From positions 496,001 through 560,000 of the forward strand of contig OZ237754.1 of the NCBI GenBank assembly GCA_965178125.1: a DNA stretch of 64,000 nucleotides. The letters are read 5' to 3'. Each line of letters opens with the position of its first letter. Positions within the stretch are counted from its first letter, which is position 1. Below are positions 36,156 to 49,497 of the stretch, in pieces. Position numbers and translations under genes: made by a program. The DNA comes from Bilabrum cf. latius (Eukaryota). The notes beneath the pieces were generated by a model. That model made no database searches. It worked only from the letters and a program-made list of their open reading frames with translations, and had not been told where the DNA came from.

Positions 36156-39100
36156 TCAAGAATCCATCCGTTCCTCCGCCTTTGTAATGGCCACGCAGAA
36201 CTAGCGGACCACCTCCAGCAGCGGCGCAGTCTCGATGTCCTCCGCGGTCCTGCCCTTCTTGCCCCCACCCCCACCTCCACCTCCACCTCCACCGCCAACC
36301 CCAGCCACAGCCCCAGCGCCGGATGCAGCGCCCCCACCAGTACCTGAAGAGGTTCCTTCCCGAAGCAGTGCATCAATCGGCAGCGCAAAGTGCCGCCTCA
36401 GCCTCTCTGCCTGTCGCAGGCACCTCCTCCTCGCCTCCTTCACTTCACCCACGAGCGCAGACAACCTGGCCTCTGCCGCAGCGAGTGCGACCACCATCCT
36501 GAGATCACGCCGCTCTGCCGGACCCGCCGGTTCTAAAGCAAACGGTGCCGCCTTCTTTTCAGATGCTGGTTGTGCCAATGATCCACCTCCGGATCCTCTG
36601 GGTTCTACCTGCCCGTGCTTCCACTTGCTCGAGCTATCTGATCCCTTCGGCTCCACTTTCTTCTTCGCTGCCTTCTTTCTCTTTCTCTTCAATGCTTTCT
36701 TCTTGCCCTTGGTCTGGATCGCTGCAAGAAGCGCGAAGCGGCCTCCACCAGCACCCTTGCTCGCCGGCTCGGCTGCGTCCACGCCATCGGTAGTGTCTTG
36801 GGATGGTTTCACCGCTTCCTGCTCGGGGGGCTTGGCACGAGATCCGCATGCCTCGGAGCTCGGTTCCACGGCGACGTCTGTTTCCGTGCTTGCAGAAGCC
36901 ACGGCCTCCCTAGCTCCCCTTGCCTCTTCTGCATCTCGCTGAGTGGCAAGTTTCTCAGCCTTCACGAGCTTGAGCCAGCCATCTAGCCGCTGCAACCGCT
37001 TGTTGCAGTCTGCCAGAGCTGTGTGCGCAGCTGCATGTAATGAAGGCAGCTCGCGTGATAGCATGGATTTGATGCTTGCCGTAGCGGACACGTCAGTGCC
37101 AGAACTCGAAGCAGCCGCAGCGCCACCTGTCCCTGTCCCTGTCCCTGTCCCTGCTTTCGTGCCATCGGCTGCCTCTCCAGCCGGACTTGCGGGTGGTGTC
37201 TTTGGCTTGGCCGCTTCACTTCCGATCCCCGCTTTACGGACAGTTTTGGGCTTATTGGGCGGAGCTGGTGGCAGGGCTGCGTCAGACTAGGACGCCCTCA
37301 GGCTGAAGCCCGGCGTGCTGGGTGCTTGGGGCTGTGCGGCACTCGAAGCATCCGCTGGTGCAACGGCAGGCGTACTGCTGGCTGCTGCGCTACTGCTTGA
37401 TACTGGTACCACGGGGGTGCTTGCTTTGATCCTCTCGTGTATCTCTGCCTTTCCATGGGACGGCCCGCCGCCGCTCTAAATCTGTTTCCGAAGACCTGCC
37501 ACGAGAATGTCAGCCGCGGTCGTCTTGCCATCGTACGCCTTGAGAAACGCGAGTCGGTCTAGCGATGCCAGCGAGAACCCCCTGGCGTTGCCTTTGTTCG
37601 GCAATCCTCGATTCAGGAAGTTCCCGAAGGCCAAGGCGAGGAGCAGAAGATCGTGGAACGTCGAGCTGTCCACGAGCTCGCCAAGCGCGCACCGGACCGT
37701 CCCCAGGCACTCCATCGCCTCCGCAGCCGCGGAACTCGCTTCCATGGAGGCCTCCCAGCACCGCACTTTCTGGTCAAAGCGCCGAATGCACGCCATTTTG
37801 CGAAGGTACGCCTCCGTGCTGGAGAGCCTGCCGGCATCCCTGTCGCTCACCTTCACGAGAGCCGCGGCCTCCTCGGGCTTCGGCCTCAGCGCAAAGAGCG
37901 CCAGAGCGGCTGACTGGCACTCGGCACGAGTCCTCAGACCCAGCACGCCCGGATCAATGCTCGAGAGACAGTCGGCCAGCTGGTCGAATCCGATGGCCCG
38001 ATATCGTTTGAGAGCGATAGAGGCGTTCTGCACCCGGCGCCCGTCTAGCACAGCCAATGGGCCAGCAGGCGTACCGCTGCCTTGGCCACCTGAGGAGGCA
38101 GCACCACCGGACGTACCACCGCTCTTCTTGCCGCGCCCTTTCTTCTTCTTCTTCTTGGGCTTTGCCCTGGCTGTGAACAGCTCGGCCATGGGGCCGATAG
38201 TCTCGGCGCACCCCTCCACCAGCTCCTGGGCCCGCTTGACCGACACAGACGCCTCCCAGAAACTGATGTCATCCGTTTCCCACGCGCTGCCAGTGCGCTT
38301 TAATCCACCCAGGCGGAAACTGCTGCCGCCGCTCGGCGACTGGTACAGCGGACTGCCGAGAACCGACCCGTGCACAGCAACAGGGGCGCCCAGACCTGGC
38401 CTGCGCAGTTCTCCAGCCGTACCAGCAGAGTCATCGGTTGACCGCTCCCGCATGAGCAGCCCAGCTCCCTCCCCTGCCCCTGCCGCCAGTTCCCAGTGCA
38501 GCCGTTTTCGAGCCACACTTGGAATGACCTTCCGACCCACATCGTCGTCCGACACACAACCTCGTTCTCCGCTCCCTGGCTCTGGCAGCGCCACCACATG
38601 CTGTTTCGGGATGAGCTTGGAGGTTGCAGCGATTGCCGTTGCTCCTGCCGTGCGAGCAAGCGATGATCTGCCCCGAACTGCAAGCGCCCTCCGTGCGCGC
38701 CCCCTGTGGCCCCTTGCGATGGCCCCTCCCCCTCCCCGTCCCCTTCCCTTTCCGTTGGACCGGCCGGAGCTTGGGCCCAGGCCCAAGTCAGCAAGCTGTG
38801 CCTTGGAGAACACAAACACGAAGAGGTGACCCGCCGCATCGTTCCGCATTTTTGATGCGACCACGTGTGGGGGCAGACCGACCTTCAGGGACTTTTTGTG
38901 CTTCTCTACTGCGAGGCGATCTGCCTCCGTGAGATCCACAATGGGAGTGTCGTCTGTGCGGATGGCGGCGCGGTGGTCCGTCCTCGATGGTTGCTCAGGG
39001 GTGGTTTGACTACAGCACTGTTCAGCAAGCAGCGCGGGGTCCAGCCCCTCCCCGCGCATCTTGTGATGCACCGCTCCCTCGGGCACACCGCGCTGCAGCA

Positions 39101-40850
39101 TCAGCCGGAATCGAGACACGTCCGGTGCATCGCTGGCAGGAGCAGGTGCAGGAGCAGGAGCAGGTGCAGGTGCAGGAGCAGGAGCAGGTGCAGGTGCAGG
39201 AGCAGGAGCAGGAGCAGGTGCAGGAGCAGGAGCAGGTGCAGGTGCAGGTGCAGGTGCAGGTGCAGGTGCATGCGAGCCATCCTGGTCCAGCAGCGCGGGG
39301 TCCAGCCCCTCCCCACGCATCTTGTGATGCACCGCTCCCTCGGGCACACCGCGCTGCAGCATCAGCCGGAATCGAGACACGTCCGGTGCATCGCTGGCAG
39401 GCGCAGGAGCAGGCGCAGGAGCAGATGCAGGAGCAGATGCATGCGAGCCATCCTGGTCCAGCAGCGCGGGGTCCAGCCCCTCCCCACGCATCTTGTGATG
39501 CACCGCTCCCTCGGGCACACCGCGCTGCAGCATCAGCCGGAATCGAGACACGTCCGGTGCATCGCTGGCAGGAGCAGGTGCAGGAGCAGGAGCAGGTGCA
39601 GGAGCAGGTGCATGCGAGCCATCCTGGTCCAGCAGCGCGGGGTCCAGCCCCTCCCCACGCATCTTGTGATGCACCGCTCCCTCGGGCACACCGCGCTGCA
39701 GCATCAGCCGGAATCGAGACACGTCCGGTGCATCGCTGGCAGGAGCAGGTGCAGGAGCAGGAGCAGGTGCAGGTGCAGATGCCAATAGGGTTACAGGTGC
39801 AGCCGCTGGTGCTAGTGCTGGTGCCGAACAGTTGTCGGCGTGTGGTCTGGCTGCTGGTGCGGCAATCTACGATCTATCCTGAGCAGAAGAATGGACCACC
39901 GCAGTGTTAATTTCACCCTGCGCAGATATAGACTGCCCTAGCCTGCCCTGGATCGCGCGGGGTGCGGTCGCCCCCGCTTGCTCCTACCTGCGCCTCTCCT
40001 CCCGCTCTCTTGCATTCTCACTGGCCCTTTTGACGAGTCTCTCTATAGATGCAATTGAGTTTGAGCTCATGGATGAAGACAGGCCGGAACTCGCCAGGCT
40101 GGAGCGTTCCCATGCTCGCACGGGTGAGCTGAGGGCAGCGTGCTGCTCCCGCTCGTGCTCGTCTGCTCCCTCCGGCCAGCTTCGACTTTTCCCCGCAGGC
40201 AGGTCTTCTTGGGCCATAGGATTTGGACCATCGTTGCCAGGTGATGAGTTTCCTTCTGTCCCGAACTCGAGCCTTGCCTCTAGGGGAGATCCGTCGTTGG
40301 ATACCCGACACGATCGTTGCAAGGGTGGTTCTGAGACTACCGTAGATGGCGCCGATGAGGACTGCAGCGTTTGATTTGCAGACTGCGATCTTCGCAACTA
40401 CCTGGCAGAAAACCGACCGGCTCCACCCGTCGGACTAACCAACGTAAAATCAAGAGCAAATGCTCTTGCGCTTGCAGGTGATCGTGCCTGTATCCTCTGT
40501 ATTGCTCGGCTAAGTAACGGAGTTTTGGGGCCGTCTGAAGGTGTAATTGATACTAAGTATTTCATCCACGTGTTCATGCTACGTCGTTTCATCCGAAGTT
40601 GCCATATCCGACACATTTCGATAAACAGAACAGCAGACGACTACTGTTCGGCCTACCTTCTCAAAATTACGCCCGCAGGAGGCTTTACCAACGGCTCAGG
40701 GCTTTCACAAGTATCAAAGAATGACATGACACTCCAATTAGCAGGATGCACGAAAGTTTGCTTGACCTGGCCTGACAACTCGCAACGGCTCCAAACCCCA
40801 CCGGCGCCGCGAGAGGGATTGGCCAGTGGTTCCGCACGGATTGCCAGCAT
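36156..40850 (-). CDS. Formin-like protein (FH2 domain) with tandem CCDC53/WASHC3-like repeats, ~1564 aa
   Basis: FH2 hallmarks RKRLHW, LDGRRVQNASIAL and LAFGNFLNRG...NARGFSLASLDRLAFLKAYDGKTT. Fragments are joined by TAG (40653, 40398, 39984, 37476, 37287, 36201). Ends in TGA at 36158-36156. The start is uncertain. Confidence 0.8.
39029..39783. repeat. Four near-identical coding repeats (DVSRFRLMLQRGVPEGAVHHKMRGEGLDPALL) separated by variable (Ala-Pro)n linkers
   Basis: DNA-level near-identical units start at about 39030, 39291, 39462 and 39633. The linkers are GCAGGA/GCAGGT hexamer arrays of different lengths. Confidence 0.92.
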
Positions 40851-40908
40851 TTCAGATTCGATATCTCGTAGCTGCAAGATGCAATTATTTGCAATGTTAT
40901 CCGATTAA

Positions 40909-43707
40909 ATGATCCAATCATGTGTATGTCCATCCTTGAGGTAGGCAGGAGCTCTGTTGGTCACCCCTGTGCTGCTATTCGTATGGGTAGGTCGACTGAT
41001 CGAGCTTACGGGAGTCCGCTGGTTGCCGTTCTTGGCGGGAATCGTAGGTTATTCGGTCGCTCTGCTGCCTGCATTTGCACAGGGAACACTGGCGTGGTTG
41101 CTTGCTCCAAATGTCAGGCTGAGTATACCTTACGGTAGGCACAGAAGAAACGAGCTAGATGTGTACCTCCCTGTTCACATCGATTTGGCTTTGCGGGCTG
41201 GTGTAGCCATCGAGAAATTACCATCACCACGGGCGTGCGTCCTATTCTTCCCCGGGGGCGCCTGGTCGGTTGGCTTTCGAGGCTGGGCTGCTCTCTTTGG
41301 GATGCAGTTGGCGTAGCAGGGCATTCTAGCTTTCTGTGCAGACTACAGGAATTTCCCGCAGGCTGACGGCTACGAGGCTACGCAAGATGCCCAGCGTGCT
41401 CTGGGATGGGTGCAGCGAAACGCTTGGCAGTTCGGATGGAGGGGTGGGCCGGTGTGGGTCGCGGGCCAGTCTGCCGGTGCGCACATCCTGTCCTTGGCCC
41501 TCATCGAACGGGCTGCAAGGGAACACAGGGACAGGTCACGATTCAACGACACCATGCGCAGCTCAATTGCAGCTGGTGAGAACACTGCCACTCGCAAAGG
41601 AGTGCAGCAGCAACAACTGGTGGAAGAGGGACATTAGCAGACTGTTTCCTCAACATCAAACGGCCGAACGGCCAGCATAGGAGCCACAAGAACCACCAAA
41701 TAGAGCAGCCTCCGTACGAGTGGAAATGCAAGGGCACCTGGCGAGCTCTCTGGTGCCGATGCAAGCTCGCACTCGCTGTCAGAGCAGGTGCTGGCGCGGA
41801 GGATGGGAAGAGAGCACTGGAGTGGGGCCGTGTTCAACCGACGGACGCGCGTGCAGACCAGCATGCTGGGCGACCTGCACGACTTGCACGAGCTGCACGA
41901 GCTTGGTCACACGACAGGGATTTCTACTACCGCATAGAACACCAGCGCACCGGCCTCGGCCTCAGAAGCAGCAGGAGACCGAATCGCTTCCAGCAGTGGC
42001 GCGACCTTCCGCGAATAGAGCTGCCTGAGCGGCTGCCTGCAGCTTCCCAGTCGAGGCATGCGAGGCCTGTGGTCCTGGGTGGAGTGGACGAGGCAGGTTG
42101 CCCTGTTTCTGGGGGACTTGGTACGCTGGCTGGCTGCGCTCGCGGTGATGATGCCGTACCGTCTGACGGTATGGACTGTGACGTCAGCCTACGTGGCACT
42201 CCAGAGCGTCCGCGGCCAGGACGTTCTCGCAGAGGACCTGGCGTGGTTCGGTGGCACAGGCAGCAAAGACGTCGCATTGGAGGGAATGCCACAGGGCGGA
42301 GACGCAATGCCGCCTGTGCCCATACTTGAGGGTGAGTGGCAGCACGTGGCCAGGTGGCTGACCGGGATTGCAGATTACGGTATGGCAAATAAGGCAAGCG
42401 TGTCGGACTCGATTCAGTCGGATCGAAGTGGCAGCAAAGGTAACAGCAGTGCGCATGAAAATGAAATTGGTACTGCTGCACAGGTGACTGGCCCGCACCC
42501 CAGCCATGCAGCCTCCCAGGAAGCTGCGGGACCCACGCTTAGGCTAAGGCCAAGGCCGGGCAGGGGAGGCTTGTTGGACGTCAACAAGCAGCACCGGGGT
42601 AGATGGCTGGACTGGGCGACTAGGCCTTACCCGCAAGGGTTAGACCACTACTCACCCAGCCTGGGAAGCAGCCTCACTGGGGGGTTAGACCAACAAAGTA
42701 AAGGTGTAGACCAACAAAGTAAGAGTGCAGGCTCGCAGTCCCTGGTCCGTTCGCGCGAGCATGCGAGAGAGCAAGGCTGGGAGGAGACGGGCCTGCATCG
42801 AGTGGCGGGAGTGTTCCTAATGAGCGGGCCGTACGACATGCAGGCAGCCGCGAAGCAGTTCATTAAGAGAGGCATGTCGGTTGCGATGCTTCTCGGTATC
42901 ATGGGGGGCCAAGGCAACCTCAAGAGGATGTCGCCGCAGCACAGGTTGCGCATGGGGGTGGCCGATGGCGTGCTTCCTGTCCCGAGGGGACCAGCTCCAG
43001 TGCCTTCCGGCACGCCGTCATTGGACGATGATGCCAGCAGCCATGAGCATGTATCGCCTGTTGCGCAAAGCCAGTCTCCCTCCGGTCTCCATGGGTCGAG
43101 TGCCAGCGGGAGAGCGGCAGGTGCAACTAGCGGGGTGTCTGGCGGGGTCCTGCCACCCTTTTATTTCCTGCACGGTTCTGTTGACCGCTGCGTTGGACCC
43201 GAGAGCTCTGAGGGCATGTGCACTGCATTGCGGCAGCACGGCGTGCCAGCCAGCTGCGTGGTGCTGGAGGGAGTCACGCACACGGACCCCATCCTTGAGC
43301 TGCCCATGGAGGGTTTCGATCTCGCGAGCGATTCGATGGATATGTTGATTCGGACTGGTTCCTTAGACGGCATCGAAGCGTCGTTTGAGGAGTGGAGGGG
43401 TCATCGCGAGCGAGGCGTGTCAGGATTAGGAGCAGGGTGGTGCTCTTGGTTGCAGTACTGTGGGCGGAGCAGGAACGGGCAGGCAGATCAGGTATTGGAC
43501 GACGGCGGCATGACAGGAAAATTTGATCGCGCTCCCGATCCAGCGCGGGGCGATTCGTCGTCGGCTGTATTGCCTGCTGGGTGGGAGGGCTGGATGCCTG
43601 GATGCCTGGCGAGGCTGTTTTGCACAACGTAGCTCACCCCGGTGTACGGCCGTAGGATGGTGCATCCGGTTGCGGTGGCATTGGGTCGGTGGTTCAATCC
43701 GTTTTGA
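40909..43707 (+). CDS. ICME: Isoprenylcysteine methylesterase (ICME)-like alpha/beta hydrolase with a large insertion
   Basis: IPYGRHRRNELDVYLP, FFPGGAW, DYRNFPQ, GQSAGAH, LHGSVDRCV and THTDPILELPMEG. The family-type C-terminus ...RWFNPF-TGA (43705-43707) is reached only by reading through TAG at 43630. Confidence 0.82.
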
Positions 43708-44040
43708 AGGCAGCTCTCGTTGGCCTTGGGCTTCGGCGCCGCGCAATCGAGTGTGGCGTGACGGAACTTTGTCGCGCACCGAAGGATCCCGTCTCTACAT
43801 AGCTCACTACCGATAGCATTTCCTAGTAAGATCTCTTCATGATATATTTGCAGCGTGCCATTGCATCTAGGCAAGGAGCGTTGGTCGTCTTCGGCCTTGT
43901 ATCGTACGCATACAGAGCCACCCTGTTTGAATTGGCTGGCTGCCGGATTCGTCCTGCCTGCATGCCTGCCACATTCAGTCTATCAATGTTTCCTCCCACA
44001 ATATTTTGCAGGACTATTCAAACGAACTTATTTTGCGCCT

Positions 44041-47000
44041 ATGTCGTCTGACGCTGGCAGGCCAAAGACCGCGTACTAGCTGTTCGTATCAGATTTCTTC
44101 AGGAAGCACCGCGAAGGGACCTTGCCCGGAGAATGGCAACCTGAAAGCTCAGACCAAGTTGGCGACGATGGCGGGGGATCAGGTGCTCTTGGTGGCGGTA
44201 AAATGATGGCGCACACATCAAAACTTTGGAAGTAGGTTCTCTCCGATTCTGACAAGCGGCCGTACGAGGACGATGCAGCCAAGCTACTTAAAGCCCACGA
44301 GCAGGAAGAAGCCCGACGGGACGCCGAAAGACTTGCGGAGCTGGAGCGCAGGCGGACAGAGAGAGAAGAAGCACCGGAGGATCGCTCGGCTCGCGGCGCC
44401 AGGGCCATCATGGACGCCGAGCGCCTCGCCGAAGAAGAGAGGCTTGCTGAGAGAGAGGCGAGGCGGAAGGAAATTGAAAGCTCCCTATCGCCAGCTGAGC
44501 GACGGGCAAGAGAGGCGTGAGCTCAATATACTCAACTCCGGTGTCCCGGACGTTGGCATCACGATTCCTGTCGGACCCGACTTCGGTCGAGCACTTGCTT
44601 CGCGGAAATGAGTCTGCTACGAATTCACCAGCGCAGGCCCTTAATTGCAATTTTCTCGATATTTCTCCCCCCACTCGCCGCAGCAAGCGCGCCAAGCGCA
44701 AGGCATCCGTGGAGAAGGCCCGCGCCGCCCGTCGCAAGACCGAGAAAGAGCTCGACAGGCAGCTGGATCGCCTACGGAAGAAGCAGGCAACCGCACAGAA
44801 GAGGAGAGTCAAGTACCTCCTTGGCCTCAGTGACATCTTTAGGCATTTCATGGACGGTGATGAGGCGCCGGGCAGCAGCCCATCCTCGCCCCCATCATCC
44901 TCGTCCTCGTCCTCATCGGCTGCAGCCGCCGAGGCAGGCCAGCCCGCCGCCATCTCAAGCCCGCCTGGCAGCCCAGCCAGGGGCGGCGCTTCTGGTGAGC
45001 CTCGCGGCTTGCAGTCTCCGTCTCGGCGCTTGCAGCGTAGCCAAAGCATGGACGAGACGCAGCGGCAGGCGCAGGAGGAAGAGGAGAGGCATCTGGCCGG
45101 CGAAGACGAGGATGAGGCAGAGGACGCTTCTGGCGCTTCTGGCGCATCTGACGGCGATGAGGGTGAGGACGAAGAGGGCAGCGATGAAGACGAGGACGAG
45201 GAGGAGGAGGAGGAGGAGGAGGACGAAGCCGTTGCCTCAAGCATCAAGTCAAAGGGCAAGAGCAAGAGCAAGGGAAAGTCAACGCGCCGTGCCAGCACCT
45301 CAGGCGCAGTAGTTGCCCCCACGACGAGGCTGACCAGGCAGCCAAGCGTGATCGAGTTCGGAACCATGCGCGACTACCAGATCGAGGGCTTGAATTGGAT
45401 GATCGGGCTGCAGGACACCGGTCTCAACGGCATCCTGGCCGACGAGATGGGACTGGGCAAGACACTGCAGACGATCAGCCTCCTGGGCTACAACCTCGAG
45501 TACCGCAAGGTGAGGGGCCCACACCTTGTGCTCGTCCCCAAGTCAACGCTGGCCAACTGGTGCAACGAGTTCAAGCGCTGGTGTCCGTCACTGAGAGCCC
45601 TTCGCTTCCACGGGACCAAGGAGGAGAGGCAGGAGATCATGGACACCAGGCTGCTGCCAGGGCAGCTGGAGGAAGACAGGGACTGGGACGTCTGCGTGAC
45701 CACCTACGAGATGGCCATCATAGAGAGGGGCTGCCTGGGCCGATTTCCTTGGCAGTACCTCGTCATCGACGAGGCCCACCGCCTGAAGAACGAGAGCTCC
45801 ACTCTAGCGAGGGTCGTCCGCAATTTCGCCGTGGCGCACCGGCTGCTGCTCACGGGCACGCCTTTGCAGAACAACCTGCACGAGCTCTGGGCGCTGCTCA
45901 ATTTCCTGCTGCCTGACGTGTTTGGCGATTCCGACGCGTTTGACAGCTGGTTCGACGTGAACAGCGGGGACGAAGACGCGAAGAAGAACATGATCACGCA
46001 GCTGCACCGCATCCTCCGGCCCTTTATGCTCAGGAGGGTCAAGAAGGAGGTGGCCAAGTCGCTGCCGCCCAAGAAGGAGACTTTCCTCTACGTCGGCCTG
46101 TCAGAGACCCAGAGGGGCGTCTACAGGAACGTTCTCAAGAGGGACCTGGGCGCCATCCGAAGCGTGGGTGGCGACGCCGAGATGGCGGCGTCGGGCGACA
46201 AGACCAGGCTGCTCAACATCGTCATGCAGCTGAGGAAGTGCTGCAACCACCCGTACCTGTTCGAGGGAGTAGAGGACCGCACGCTGCCTGCCCTTGGGGA
46301 GCACCTGGTCGAGTCCTCGGCTAAGCTGCAGCTGCTGGACAAGCTGCTGCCGAGGCTCCGCCAGGACGGGCACAGGGTGCTCATCTTCTCCCAGATGACG
46401 AGGATGATGGACATCTTGGAGGACTACTGCGTGATGCGCGGGTATCAGTACTGCCGCCTGGACGGGCAGAGCTCGTACGAGCACAGGGAGCAGGCCATCG
46501 ACGCGTACAACGCGCCTGGAAGCGACAAGTTCATCTTCATGCTGTCCACAAGGGCGGGCGGGCTGGGCATCAACCTCGCCACGGCCGACACGGTGATCCT
46601 CTTTGACAGCGATTGGAACCCCCAGGTCGATCTGCAGGCCCAGGACCGAGCCCACAGGATCGGGTAGACCAAGCCGGTTATCGTCTACCGGTTGATCACG
46701 GCCGACACCATCGAGGAGCGCGTGGTGGAGAGAGCCATGGTGAAGCTGAAGCTCGACGCCGTGGTGGTGCAGCAGGGTCGGCTGGCAGACAAGCAGAAGG
46801 CCATGAGCAAAGAGGAAATGCTTTCCATGATCCGGTTCGGTGCCGATGCCGTGTTCCGGCAGACTGGCAAGCAGACCGCGCTGACCGGGTCGGATCTCGA
46901 TGCCATCCTGGCCCGCGGCGAGGAGAGGACGAGGGAGATCACGGGCAAGCTGGAGGAGGCCGCGAAGGAGGCCGCAGGAGGAGAAGAATCCATGCTAGAT

Positions 47001-49283
47001 TTCAAGCTTGATTTCAGCGGGGCCCAGGTGTTCGAGGGCGTGGACTACTCGAATGCCAAGCAAAGGGACGGAGCCGACATGGAGAAGCTGAACGAGCTGG
47101 CATCGGAGGAGCAGGCCAAAATGCTCGCGCCTGCTAGGCGAGAGCGCCGCGTCATCGCCAGCTACAACGAGAAGACCTTGCTCACCGGCACGTACGCGAA
47201 TTCCCGCGCAAAGACGGGCGGGACGCGGTTCCGCATGCCGCGAGGATACCGCATGCCGAGGATCGAGCCCTGGCACCTGGTGCCCATCCCCGATGCGCAG
47301 AGGGTGCACGAGATCTCCATGATGGAAGCCAGGCACATCTTGGACGAGCAGAGGAGGAAGAAAGAGCACAAGGCTGGCAAGGCCACGGGCAGCGCCCCAA
47401 TGGAGGATGGCGACGATGGTGACAAGGCCGACGCCGACGACTCGTCTGCAACCTCGGGCGAGTTCGAGCCGCGGCCGTTCGACCCCGAGCTCCTTGCGGA
47501 GCGCGAGTCTATCCTACGGAGGGGCTTCACGAGCTGGCGCAAGCGCGACTTTAAGGACTTTGTGGATGCGTGCAAGAGCTTCGGCCGCGCTGCCATCGAC
47601 CAGATTGCCGACGACATCAGCGGCAAGACGAACGACCAGGTGCGCACGTACCACGGGTCCTTTTTCTCGACCGGGTCGGCCTGCTTCGAGCCCGGCGCGT
47701 GGACCAAGATGATGGCGGGGATCGAGAGGGGCGAGGCGCACCTCAGGGACAACAGGAGGCTGGGGCACAGTGCCGTGCTCAAGGTGGCCTACGATGTCAG
47801 GACGAGGCTGGAGGAGGAGGCCGAGCTCAAACAGGAGGCCAGGGGCGGCGGTGCGTCATCATCCTCATCGTCTGCAGCGATGGACGGGACGCCGCCCAGG
47901 AGCTCCCAGGCTAGCGCGATCGTACGTGCTGCTTTGGACAGGAAGGCGCCGGAGCTGCCTGAGACCTTGGACTTGTGGAGGGACATGTCGTGGAGGGGCA
48001 ACGCAGGCATTGCGTCCAAGGGCTTCTCTACGGATGCGGATCGCTTGATCGCGCTGACCGCCATCCAGACCGGGCTGGGAAGGTATCGGCAGATGCGCGC
48101 TGGTTTCGCTTCCTCTGAGCGGCTGCGGTTCGACTACTACGCCAGGTCTCGCCAGAGCGACGAGCTGGAGCAGCGAGCCGAGCTGGTGCTTCGCGCAATG
48201 GAGAGGGATGTCGCCGAGGAGATCCGCCTGGGGGAACAAGAGAGGCTCAAGGCCGTCAAAGAGGTGGAGAGGAAGGAGAAGTCGCAGAGGCAGAGGAGGG
48301 AAAAGGCCATGAAAGACCTGGAGAAGAGGAGGGCGACGGACGGGGCCAAGCTGAGCGAGCTGCAGTCCAAGATCAAACAGATCAAGAGCCAGATGGGCAA
48401 GCTCAGGTCCGTGGTGCAGCCTAGTGTTGGCTCGGCTAAGGCAAAGCCCAAGCCCAAGAGCGCCTTGTCGGCCTCTACTGGAGAGGCAGCACCGTCTGGT
48501 GCAGCCGCGGCTCCAGCCAAGCTATCCTTGTCCTCTAGCAGCAGCAAGACGGCCGCTGGCAGCAAGCGGTCCCGGTCCATGTACGAGGTGCAGGACGAGG
48601 ACCCCATCTTGCTGATTGACCACGACGGCGAGGCCGTGCTGGGTGAGAGGGCCAAGGCCCTGGGCTCAAAGCCGCCTGCTGCCAAGAGGGCCAGGAAAAC
48701 CTCCAAGCCGGCGCAGCTGCCCGTCTTGCTGGGCGGCAAGCTGGCTGTGGTCCTCCGCAGGGCCGGCGCCTTGAGCATCAAGAAGGTGGTGAACGAGTTC
48801 ATGCCGATGTGCGAGAAGGCCATGGCGGGTCCCGACGTGCCTACCAAGGCAGCCGTGACCGCGCTGGTGGAATCCATCGCATTCAAAGCCCCGCTGGCAG
48901 GGAGCGGAAAGAAGATGCCCGTGTGGCAGCTGAACGAGCGAGGGCACAAGCTCCTGCACCAGGCGATCGAGGAGCAGAAGAAGAGGAAGGCGGGAGCTGC
49001 TGCGGGGGAGGCGGGATCTAATCCAGCGTCGCCGACGCAGTCCGGAGGAAGTGCAGGCGCATTGCATGCAGGTGCAAGTGGGGCGAGCAAGCCCTCGAGC
49101 AGCTCGCCTTCCGGCAGCTCTGGGCAGCTGCCCGTCACCACCATAGTGATGGGCGGTGGGTCCCCTGCTTCCGGCGCCGGTGGCAGCGGCGGTTCCCCTT
49201 CCTTGTCCAAGCCCAAGCCAGCGGGGGGCGGGTACTCGTCGCTCATGGCAATTGCGCAAGCCGCCAACAAGCAGGGCAAGTGA
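44041..49283 (+). CDS. ISWI: ISWI/SNF2-family chromatin-remodelling ATPase with an N-terminal HMG-box-like domain; intron 44517-44683
   Basis: [65 protein letters not shown] and [10 protein letters not shown][TAG]TKPV, then SANT/SLIDE-like [10 protein letters not shown]. Exon 1 reads RPKTAY[TAG]LF...KLWK[TAG][14 protein letters not shown]. The GTGAGC..CAG intron is phase 2. Stop is TGA. Confidence 0.93.
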
Positions 49284-49497
49284 CTTGCTTGAACAAACCT
49301 GATTCATCCGAGCACCGTAAATCTGCCATGCATGCTACAGTAACATCAACCTCTGTTGTGTGCGTATCGCCAGCTCTGTGTGGTTGTTTGTGTTGTTCTT
49401 CTTGAAGAATGTCGCTCTGCCCGTTGGTCTTCCGCACTGCACTGCCGTGGCCGCGATCAAGCCCAAAATTGGCTTTCCCCTGCTAGCGTACGATTCA

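Noticed and set aside
42686-42727. 21-bp tandem duplication (tagaccaacaaagtaa..)
   Set aside because: This is an ordinary in-frame micro-duplication within the ICME low-complexity insert.
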